Positions 49,181 to 59,357 of a DNA stretch of 64,000 bases are shown piece by piece. Each line of letters starts with the position of its first letter. Position 1 is the stretch's first letter. Origin of the DNA: Entomortierella parvispora E1425 (lineage: Eukaryota > Fungi > Mortierellomycota); the NCBI GenBank assembly GCA_020891255.1, contig BQFW01000013.1:2480001-2544000 (forward strand). The letters run 5' to 3'. Both the position numbers and the translations under genes were made by a program. Under the pieces are notes generated by a model, which worked only from the letters and a program-made list of their open reading frames with translations, was not told where the DNA came from and did no database searches.

Positions 49181-52100
49181 ATGGGAATCCAGGGCCTTGC
49201 AGCTAGGATCAAATCGACCGATGGAGTTGAGGAGGACCTTCGAGGATTCACCTGTCATGTGGACTGCGCCTCCATGTTTTTCGGAATAATTCACAGTCAT
49301 GGTTTCCACCTGGATGTGGCGTTCGCAGCCAAAAATGCTCGGCGACAGGTAGCTTCGCCCGATGTCCCAACGAGCGCGTCTACACCACCGTCAACAACCA
49401 TTCCGAAGCGACCAGGAACAGATGAGGCCAGTCTGCATCGAAAACGCGCCCGGGTAGATCCTTCAAGCCAAAGCACCCCTTATGGCATTGTAGCAGCGAT
49501 GCAGGATATGCTGGCAGAACGACCATCCCAAATTCGTTTCGATCAAGACGGGTCACTGGAAGCACACGATGCTGAGGAAAGGAGCGTTGTACGTATATCT
49601 GTATATCTACTCTACATTTAAAGAGAGTCTGATCATTACAACAAGAGTCATGCCTTTTCGATTAGAATACTTACCGTCTCAATCGCGCTGCTTCTTAGGA
49701 TTATCGATCCTTGGGGAAGACAATCGATCGAATCCTTGTGTCCTACTTGAGCAAGGATCATACAACACTTCATTTCGACGGTTCCCGGTCCCTGGAGAAG
49801 GAACTTGCTCACAGAAAGCGCGACCAAACCTTGGAGACGCGAGTCGGCAAGCTAGAGAAAGACTATGACGGGGGCAGGATCAGGAATACTACCCAACTAT
49901 ACAAGAGGGTGAAGGCTTCGTACCGAGTTCCCGCGAGCGCAATCAGGGATATCATCACACAACTTCATGAAAGCGGATGGAAAATATGCCAGTGTACCCA
50001 CCAGAGTGACACATGCATTGCAAACCGCGTGACGAATGCCCGTTCAACAGATAATGTCAGGATCATTACCAAAGATTCAGACTTTATGGCATACGAGTCG
50101 GTGACTACAGTCACAATGCCCGTTGGTCGGCCCTTGACTTGGACCACTTTCAGTAAGCAGGCACTTTTGGACGAACTCGAGCTCCAAACTCCGGCGCATC
50201 TCGTACTCGTTTCTGTCTTGACGACCAATGACTATACCGCAGGCATGCCACTCTACCAACTGGCATCGAACATGGCCAAGGTTAGACAGCTTGTGACGGG
50301 GAGCTCTAACGTTGCCAGCAAAGATGACCAGGCAAAATGGATTTACCAGCAAATCGAAGAGTATGTCCATGCCATACATCAGACTGCGGAGGAGTCAAAG
50401 GCTGCAGCCATCGCGAGTTGCGAGAAACGTCTGAGGAGGATCGCCGACCCTTCCTCAGTAAAGGCCCACCAGAAGGATCTTCGACGAATAGCCACTGCCA
50501 ACAAGCAGCTGAGCGTGTTAGCCAACAGCTATGACAATGCAGTGAAGGCATTTGTTCATTGTGAGGAGACAGCTCTAAATGCAGATGGAAACAGTCCAAC
50601 GCTGGACATTCACCGGCGACTTTTGTCTATAGTTAACAAAGTGGAACTCAAGAAAGCGAAGCGCAGTTGGGACCGTTTTGCCCTAGGCCCTGCAAAACCA
50701 CCACATACGGAGCCGCCATTGGCACCACCAGCACCAATAGCCGAATCGGACCACATAGCACCCTCCACAGATGCGGCAGACTCTTCGACCTCCGTCCAGC
50801 CTGTCCCTGACCCGAGCCGTGCACAGAAAAGGGAGCAGAAGCGACAAAGGAAGAAGGCCAAGAGGAAGCAGGAAAGAAGAAAGAAGAAGTGGGAGAAATC
50901 AAGGTTCGTATCCTTTTGGGAACTAAAAGACAAAGTTGCATCAACTCCAACGTTCTCACATATCGTTCATGTACCTCTTTAGATTTCGATCCCGGACCGA
51001 CCTGAACGATCGATATCTTCCCCAAACAGTTGCGCTGGAGACTGCAAGTCCCATAGACGATGTTAAGCTTGCACACTTGACGCCTTCGACGCCCAAAAAA
51101 CCAAAACCGCGTAAACCAACTACAAAGTCCGATCGGCCACTAATTTCCCCAGTGAAAAAGACACGCAAGAAGGAGCTTCCTATTCCCACATCACCGACAG
51201 CGGGTCCCAAGGCTCTTAAAAAATCCTTCAAATCTGCTTTTGCAACCGTTACTCTGACCATGGGTTCTCTGCGAGGATGTCTCCTGCGTGCCACAGATCT
51301 CTCCAAAGAAGAGAGCACGCTGGTAGTCCAGCGTCTGGATGAAGCTGTCTCCGTCACCAACAGTGCCAAGCATTACGTATTGAAGATGATGGAGATGAGG
51401 ATTTTGCGGCACTTGATCGACAGCACTGGGGACGAGTTTCTGGAAAATGTCCTGGACTCAAAGTCAGACTGGCTAGAAAGATTCGTGCAGAATCTTTTAT
51501 CGTTTGTCTTGCGAGGCTCCTCTGACACGAAAGGTGGACGCCGTACTGTTAAGGACCAATCCAAGGATGCCGTGGTGGAAGCACAAAGTACCTTTGACGA
51601 ATTCAAGGCGTTCCACCCGGAGTTCGAGGCATTAAACCCGTCCAACCTCCCCCTGAGCAATGTCATTGCTGAACTGACACCAAAAATCTGTCTAGCAATC
51701 AAGCAGCATTATCGCAAATTGCCGACCACTCTCTGCAACAAGGTACTGAACGAAGTGGTTTTTGAAATTGGATCACTGCATTCTAAAAAAATTGATTCTA
51801 ATCGAAGAATACCTTTGCGTGCTGCAGTTGACAAAGTTATCTTTAGACTGCACCGAGCTTATGGGGGTAGTGGATGACGAGAAGACATCAGATGCTGCCA
51901 TCAACGACGCCATCAACGAAGCCGAACTGTCTGCAGATGACGAAGACTCAGACGACGACCCAAGGAAAGCATCGCAAAAGATGACGTTTAAGAAGGGTCA
52001 CTTGAGACTTTGCTGGCGTTATTTGCTGCAGATACCGACAGCCGTAAAACAGCCAAAGTTTTGTGTCCAGGCAGGGATGACAGACTCTTTCATTGACCTG

Positions 52101-53625
52101 AATGAAGAGGCTCTGGTGGCATTACTATGGGGCGTATCAGCCGGAGGAGTGGGCGACATCTTGATGACCACCGTCTGCAATCGGCAACGTGCCACTCACC
52201 TCCGGAAAAACTCCTACGGAAATGTCATTAAACAGTTGTTTGTCGGAGACCGGTCCAGTATCAAGGCAGCCAAGAAAAGACAGACACCGTACGGGAAGAA
52301 AATAACCTCAATGGACGAGCGGAGCAACACCTTGCCGGACGTGTACGGCCAACTGGTGCTAGAGCAATACAACAAGAGGCGTATTAATCACTACCGGAGA
52401 CTGCACAACAACTCCCTCACAGCCCAGCAACCATTGTCCTCCTCCTCGGCACCATCGACAATGGATCCTGAACCACCTCGACTTCCCATGCCGCCCCAGG
52501 TTTCCGGACAAAACCGATATGCCCTGAACAACATAATCCGAACAGATGGGCATGAGCTACAAATCCTTGGGTATGATCTTTTCAAGCCACGGAAATCGAC
52601 AAGATACAAAGAGTTCATGAGGAGGATCGAGACTTTGTATCCCGACAAGGACAGTTTGGTTGCTGAATTCGGTCAAGATCTTGAATCAGTTGTTGTTATC
52701 GGAATAGATCCAGGAGAGGTGGTCAGTGGCGCCTTTTGTGTGACCTTGCCGGGAGAAAGGGTTGTCAACCTGACAGTGAAAAGGTCATCGCTTTATCAGC
52801 CGACGCTTGCATTCCGAGAATGGGCGGAGCATTGCAAACGGGCCCAACCAACAGCAGGATCAAACGACAGCATAGGCCCTTCCTTGTGGGCTTGTACTCA
52901 GCAGGGTCAGGACCAAGACAACCCAACTTTGTTGCCGTCGCTGCACGACCTGCAAAACGCCCTACATCCGCTCAACTACCACGACATTACAGCCATTGAA
53001 AACAGACACCGGCAGTACTTCCAACTTGAACCTTTGATACACGGGTTTTATTCATCAGCAACCTGGAAGAAAGCGGCTCACGACCACAAAAAATCCAAAC
53101 TTGCAGAAATGGACCTTGCGGTCAACGGTGTTTTTAAGTTGGTGGAATTGGCATGCGAAGGAGTTCCTGTTGAAGCAAGGAGGGTTATATTTGTGCTCGG
53201 GAATGGCAAATTTAAAACAGGCATCAACCTGACGTCCGTGCACACCACTTTCCTGAGGCGTCTTTTCGGAAAGGTAAAAACACACACGATCTTGGTAGTG
53301 TCCGCGCTCTCTCTCTTGTGGGCATGCAGATTGATTATATCTTTTCCCTCGCTTATGATAGATACAAACAATGGGATACAAGGCCGTCATTGGCGATGAA
53401 TACCTCTCATCGACAGTGTGTCCCACGTGCATAGGAAAGAACGTCGCGACACGCCTTGCAAAACCCTCTATGAGGACGTGTGCGTGCACGCAGTGTGGTC
53501 GATGGATCCACAGAGACTGCGTGGGAGCGCACAACATTGCGATAATCGGAGAGCGGTATGTCCAGCAGCAAGACCGACCGCGCCAGCTCGCGCGACCCCC
53601 ACCTTCTTCCCTCCAACCTCTATAA
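49181..53625 (+). CDS. PIN-Fanzor fusion, copy 3, ~1360 aa
   Basis: Exons 49181-49588, 49699-50903, 50983-51742, 51828-53273, 53362-53625 (4083 nt, in frame, all GT-AG). PIN motifs: MGIQGL, HVDCAS, HFDG, QSD, TKDSD, TNDY. Fanzor motifs: NIIRTDG, VIGIDPG, VLGNGKF, DEYLSSTVCPTC...CTQC...HRDCVGAHNI. Confidence 0.9.
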
Positions 53626-53755
53626 TTTGAAGTTATAGTTATTTTTATCTCGTCTGGCTACGGACAAAGAGATAAACTCAGTCTCTCCGCCAACAGGTCT
53701 TTATCCAAACACTACTATCTGCCTTCCTGTGCCATCTGTCTTCCTGTGTCATTTC
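53620..53755 (+). ncRNA. Candidate omegaRNA scaffold / element right end, copy 3
   Basis: Hairpins CTATAA/TTATAG (53620-53638) and TTTATCTC/GAGATAAA (53644-53676). Tandem TTCCTGTGYCATYT motifs (53724-53737, 53741-53754). TGTGTCATTTC resembles the MULE end TGTGCCATTTCC and ends ~130 nt after the stop. Confidence 0.35.
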
Positions 53756-53762
53756 TACTCCC

Positions 53763-55694
53763 ATGCGTACCTTGATCAAGCTAGAGCAAGCTGATGTTGT
53801 CGACCAGGGCTTCTGTATCGACTTAATCAAGTTTGACAGCGCTCAGCCATCATCTTCCCCTGAACAGCGCAGACTACAGGGAGCCAGAGATGACAGCGAG
53901 GATTACCAACGCGGTGGATATGCCAACCTCGCGAACCTTCCTCTTGGGCCAGAGTTCACCTTCAGGGCACCGACATCGGGGACCAACCCAAATGGCATGC
54001 TAGAAGGCTGCAATGGCAATTGCTCCACCCACTGGAACCTGGGGTTCGACCATGGACTGGCTGCTCTTGCTGCTGTCAAGATCGATAGTGGACCAGCGAG
54101 TTGCGCGATGCCTTTGACTGTTACTGGGAGGTTTGAAGATAAGATCAGCAACGAACTTCTTCGCGTGTGCAATGGTCGCTGTGTGAACGCTATTTACAAC
54201 ACCACCGTCGCCTTGTCTAAGCGCACAGAGCCGCCGGGTGTTCGGACCCTCGTCGGGTTATTGTCAAACTGGGGCTCCTGGGTCTCATGCTCGATGTATG
54301 ACGCACTGTCACAGTGGATTGTTGGCAAGGGTGAGGGATTCGCATGGGCCGACACGCTTCACACCAGCAAAATTCATTTTGTTGAAGCTCAGGTCCGCCA
54401 CATAGGCCGTCCGCACGATCCCAGGCTGCTGGCCAAGAGATCTGGTTGGGATGATGAGGGATCTCCTGCATGGGTTGAGGCATGCAAGCGGTATGGTCTG
54501 CGTGGCGCCCTTATGCGCCAGACTGTCGCCGTGAATTTGGTGTACAGCGTGGCCATTCATGGGAATAGCCCAATGGCTCGATCCTCTGTGGTTCTTGATA
54601 CTCTCGGTTTTTATGCCGACTACAACTTATATTCCGGCAATTCGCCTTGTAACGGGCATCGTGACTTTACTAAAAACTACTGCAGCAATGCTATCCTTGG
54701 ATCCCTCGCGCCTCAGGCCAGCACTGAGCAGCAGTGCATCGGAAGCTATGCGATGGCGTGTCAATTTTCCTTTGGGTATATCCAAGTCAGACAACGCCTT
54801 GAGCACGACCTTGGAAAAACCCACATGGTGCACCGTGGTGGGGCTGTCTGGGAAGACAAGGAACTATGGTCATCATATATGTTGGTAGACACCGGTACTC
54901 TCCAGGGAGCTGCGATGGGTGGAGGTTGCGGGGAAGACTTGATCCACCGCATGATGTGCCGTGTCCTCAATGATGTCGTCGACTTGGGCTACGACTGGAA
55001 CTCAGGCGACTTGTCAAACTCCATCCTGACCCTTAGCAAGGGGAGAACTGACCGCGATTCACTCGCGAGTGCCTACATGAAGATTGCTGCCGTGATCAAT
55101 TATGCCTCTGTCAAGAATCCAGACAGCTCCGGGTCCATCCTCATGCCGCATGCGCATGCATGGCAGATGAGTGATTCCCGCCACCCTGTCATTGCGTGCT
55201 CGCTGGTGTCTGACGACCCTGGTCTAGGTCCGATCAATGTCTCTGCAACGTGGCACCATGTTGGTATCCTCGGTTTGGAGCCAACAAAGATTGTGGACCA
55301 CAACATGCAAGGAGGTGAGCTGCACGGCAAGCATGTCAACCTGACCAAGCGGACTTGGGACATGTTGGCCAAGGACTCTACAGGTGTTGCCACTAAGCTC
55401 TTATACTATGGGCACGTTTGGCTGCTAGAGCAGCGTGCTATTTGCCGAGTGCCAACCGCCGATGAAATCGCCGAGGTGGAGGACAGTGTGAGGGTGGCAT
55501 TGATAACGGTGATGATGGAGTTTGAACGCGCAGATGCTGTTGAGGCAGTGTGGTGTTGGACGATTGAGTCATGGTGCGCTTCAGATATGATGTGGCATGC
55601 AATGATCGGTTCTACCGCTCACGTTTCGACAAAAAAGGTCGGATCCGACAGGGTGGACGACGAGAGTGTATTTCAGAGCTGGACTGAAGCTTGA
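53763..55694 (+). CDS. Intronless orphan protein, 643 aa; possibly of RNA-virus (capsid-like) origin
   Basis: Uninterrupted 1,932-nt ORF, rich in Gly/Cys/Trp/His, not low-complexity, with no cellular domain I recognise. Confidence refers to coding status; viral origin is only a hypothesis. Confidence 0.7.
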   Translation: MRTLIKLEQADVVDQGFCIDLIKFDSAQPSSSPEQRRLQGARDDSEDYQRGGYANLANLPLGPEFTFRAPTSGTNPNGMLEGCNGNCSTHWNLGFDHGLAALAAVKIDSGPASCAMPLTVTGRFEDKISNELLRVCNGRCVNAIYNTTVALSKRTEPPGVRTLVGLLSNWGSWVSCSMYDALSQWIVGKGEGFAWADTLHTSKIHFVEAQVRHIGRPHDPRLLAKRSGWDDEGSPAWVEACKRYGLRGALMRQTVAVNLVYSVAIHGNSPMARSSVVLDTLGFYADYNLYSGNSPCNGHRDFTKNYCSNAILGSLAPQASTEQQCIGSYAMACQFSFGYIQVRQRLEHDLGKTHMVHRGGAVWEDKELWSSYMLVDTGTLQGAAMGGGCGEDLIHRMMCRVLNDVVDLGYDWNSGDLSNSILTLSKGRTDRDSLASAYMKIAAVINYASVKNPDSSGSILMPHAHAWQMSDSRHPVIACSLVSDDPGLGPINVSATWHHVGILGLEPTKIVDHNMQGGELHGKHVNLTKRTWDMLAKDSTGVATKLLYYGHVWLLEQRAICRVPTADEIAEVEDSVRVALITVMMEFERADAVEAVWCWTIESWCASDMMWHAMIGSTAHVSTKKVGSDRVDDESVFQSWTEA

Positions 55695-55891
55695 GACAAT
55701 ATAAATCATCGACTATTTACTCATTCATCGCGCTTATCAATTATTTCCTTCAAAGCTCGCAATGTGCACGCTCGACGTTCTTTTTCTGAAGTATTATTTA
55801 GTTGTGAGAATAGTGTTTTTATTATCGAAGGCCCTCCACCATGTCACCACGTAGTCTCCTCATCCTTTGTCGAGTTGTGGCCCCTCGTACT

Positions 55892-57003
55892 TCACCCAAC
55901 CCAAGCCTCAATCTTCTGCGTCAATCGTCCCAGTCCGTCAAAATCGTAGCCCAATTCCCGAGCCCAAACAGCCACCTCGGATCCTTTCCGGTCATTCTGC
56001 TTTGCGACCATTACAAAGACCATGATAGCAGCCACCTGTCCAATATCGGAGTGGATTAAAATCGGTCCTGGCAAGGTCTCAACCAGCTGTAAAATCTCGT
56101 CAAAGTCTACCAATGTGATCTCGTCTGCCGACTGTGTTCGTCACACGGGAGACAAGGGGGAAAAATGAAGAAAAATGAAAAAAAAACAACAAGCAGGCCC
56201 AAGAGTCCAAGAAACCCGACCCAATATTACAGTCGACGATTTCCGTGTCCAGTTTTCAACAGAGATCAGGTCCAGATCCAGACAGAACAGAGACATATAT
56301 AAGAAATAAAGAGAAAAGAGGGTGTGTTTAGATGGCATCTGTTCTTTTTTGATTTTGGGATCCAAAAGAAAACAAAACAACAAGAACAGCAAATAAGGAC
56401 CTTGATTGGATACGAGACAAAGTCGATTCCGGCTTCCTTCCAGAGCCCTGCTTCGTTGGTGAGGTATTCTCCCGGATTTTGTTTGGATTCCATCCCAATG
56501 ACACTTCTGAAGCCGACCTTGACCAATCCTTGAGAGATTTGGATTTCAGAAGGTGAGGGAGAGAAGGCGAGGTGGTCGGTGATCTTTGAATAAGAAGCAT
56601 TCCAGTTCTGGGCAAAGGATCGGACTGTGGACGCGACCCAACTCAAAAGTTGATCATCGCTCTCCTCGTGTGTTGGCTGTCTAGGCAACTGGACAGCCGT
56701 GATGGCGGTTTGAAAGACGTGACCCCTGAAGACGGCAAAGGTTGGTGTGGCGTTGACATTGTATTTCTTGACCGTTTGCTGTTTGCAGAAGCAAGGAGAG
56801 ATGTCGGTTAGTTGACATGAGAGCAAACACGGTCAAGGACAGAGGGTGAGGAATGTGAAACAAAGACACGATCGATGCAGGCAAAGCAACAAAAAAAAAA
56901 AAAGAAAAAAAAAAGCACGCGATTTGGGCGGTGTGGTGGCGCTTTTTCAACTTTGATTTTCTGACAAATCAACCTTCTCTCCCGCCCCCTCGTTTTTTTT
57001 TTC

Positions 57004-57035
<32 letters not shown>

Positions 57036-57419
57036 GGTTTTCTGGCTGTCTGTTCTTACCAGCAACTCGTCCACATCCACATGGACAAATGTGGCGATCT
57101 TAGATAGATCTTCGGCCAGTTTTTCAATGGAGTTTGCTATTAGCAGAACGGGTGAGGGAAGGTGGAGAAAGAGAAGAAGGATACAGTCAGCTCGGGGCTA
57201 GCACGAAAACAGCTAGAGTACAACCCAACCCTCAAACAACGCCCAAACACGCGATCGTTCTATTTTCTTTCGCCCTCTTCCCCCCATCATACAAAGGCGC
57301 TTGCAGTTCTTGCACCAGGCTGTGGTGAACACAAGGACCAGGAGGCTGTTGCGGTTTGCGACTAGGATCCTGTTCAGTTCCAAGTCGGTGTTTGGAGAGA
57401 GAATGTAGGGTGATGCCAT
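55892..57419 (-). CDS. Thioredoxin domain fused to a DUF442/Blh-like phosphatase/sulfurtransferase-fold domain, spliced
   Basis: Spliced product: VLVFTTAWCKNCKRL|SNSIEKLA...FVHVDVDELL|QTVKKYNVNATPTFAVFR (thioredoxin fold). Then LAFSPSPS...GFRSVI...EAGIDFVSYPI...LPGPILIHSDIGQVA...WARELGYDF (DUF442-like). Confidence 0.75.
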
Positions 57420-58504
57420 GGGTGAGTAACTGTGGAGTGAGGAATCAATGGGCCGAGGAGATTCACGAATGGGGCAGATGAGTGACATGATGGAGGTTGA
57501 GCAATCAGAGTTTTGTTCGAATGGTATATAAAAAGAAAAAGAAAGTGAAGAATGAGAGATGCAACTTCAAGTAGATCTGTTTGGAGGTGTCGCAATGAGG
57601 AGAGTCGAGGTTGAGAGGAGAAGAGTCAAGGACGGTAGGAAAGGAAATAGTCAAGGATAGAAGGAAAGAATAAGAGAAGAAACAAGAAGAGGGAAGAAGA
57701 AGAGAAGAGGTCAATCCAAGAAACTCGCCCAACAGAACTTGACAAGAGCAGCCAACAGACCCGCCAACAGACCCGCAGACAACACAGAGCAGCGCGCGAA
57801 ACACTCTTCTTACATGGTTGCCGAAATGATGAAGGGGAGACCTGTTTCTTGTTTCCTCGACCAACACACAATGCGCGCCCATTTTGCTGCTTCTCTGGTC
57901 TAGCAAGCGCGGATCTTTTTGAAGCATTGTGCCACCGGACTGAATTGATTACAAATTTGCCCATTCTCTCGACTCCGTCGTGTGGCCTCACAGACGCGGG
58001 CGACAGTCGGGAAAATGGACTACGAGAACCAAAGCTTTCGACCAACCTCGTGCCTGCTAAGTGCGCGTCGGGCTTATTTTATTGTTCCCAGGTCTGAAAG
58101 AGAAAAAAAATAATAAGACTTCTGGCTTGCAGTACCCCACGCGCTTTGTCAGAGAGTGGTGAAAATCATCAGTCCTATCTGCACCATTCCAAGGCAGTGA
58201 CTCTCTTGCTGACTGACCTCAATGAGAACAAAATGAAATAGGATGCTGACAAAACACACGGCCTTTGCCAAGGCGTTGGCCTTGTCGCTGGTTGACTCGG
58301 GCAGCGTAGTGTAACACTGCTATCGACTCATCGTGCATGGCCTCTTGAGGGGAGTGACTAATCGCAGACAACGACGCGAATTGCCACCAAAAGAGTAACC
58401 ATCGCGTGCCCATCACGTGGTGCACTGCCACTCCTTCTTCGTGGTCCACTAGACGCGAACCTCTTTCTCGGGTATGGTTTCTTCACCTCATTCGTTCGAT
58501 TCCG

Positions 58505-59051
58505 ATGGCATTCATTCACATTGGTAACACAGCTCTGTTTCACATTCTCTGGCCCACTTCCGTACTTCTGTTGGCTGGCGTCGGCAACAGCCACTAAGTG
58601 TTGCTTTTTATTGCTTTACTTGATAGTCTTGCTCAAGTTCAATCCCACTGTTTCCGAGGATGAAGCTGAAGAGATCCTCCGCAAGCTGGCCCACATCAAG
58701 GAGACTCTGCCTGGGGTGATTGAGTCGGTTCAATTGGGTATCAACTTCAACCAGCGTGCAAAGGGGTTTACTCATGGTAATTGAAGAGAGGCACTGGTTG
58801 AAACTTGGTTCTATCCATACTCGCAAGTTTGTAGTTGACTCAGCTTCATCTCCTCACGGACCTGAATATTGTGTTGGTCTATCGTCTTTTCTATAGGGTT
58901 CACTATGCAGTTCAAGGACAGGGAGGCCCTGGGTAGATACCTCAAGGCGCCGGAGCATGTCAACATAGCCGATCGGTTTGTGTACCCGAACACGGAGGAT
59001 CTACTCGCCTTTGACTATGAGACGGCCCCGTTTTCCTCGCCCACGCTGTAA
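58505..59051 (+). CDS. Stress-responsive A/B barrel (Dabb) protein, 3 exons
   Basis: MAFIHI|VLLKFNP...LPGVIESVQLGIN...KGFTHG|FTMQFKDREALGRYLKAPEH...EDLLAFDY. Confidence 0.9.
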
Positions 59052-59357
59052 GGCGGATGAGATAGGGAGTGACCTAGCGAACAAAGGGCAAAGAAGCGAG
59101 GAAAGAAGGAAAGAAAAGAATGGCAGGAAGGGAGGCGAACAGTGACCCAAAATAGAGCATGAAGACACCAAGCGCGTCACAAAAATCGAATGAAGCGGTG
59201 TTGGTCAAAACAAAGTGTGAGAAAGCAACGCGTTTCTCGGTGGTGTCGGTCGTGGACATGCAATCATTCTTCTCTTGTCTTTTCTTCTCTTTGTCATCAT
59301 TCAGCCTCGCCTTACCCCTCACTCCTTCCCTCTTCTCTCTTCCTCCCCTCTTCTCTA

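Noticed and set aside
27072-53755. Perfect 12-bp inverted repeat GAAATGACACAG (27072-27083) / CTGTGTCATTTC (53744-53755) bracketing the whole island as one giant element
   Set aside because: It does not extend in either direction, there is no TSD (AAATAAACT vs TACTCCCAT), and the left copy lies in the likely aminopeptidase 3' UTR. Chance cannot be excluded.
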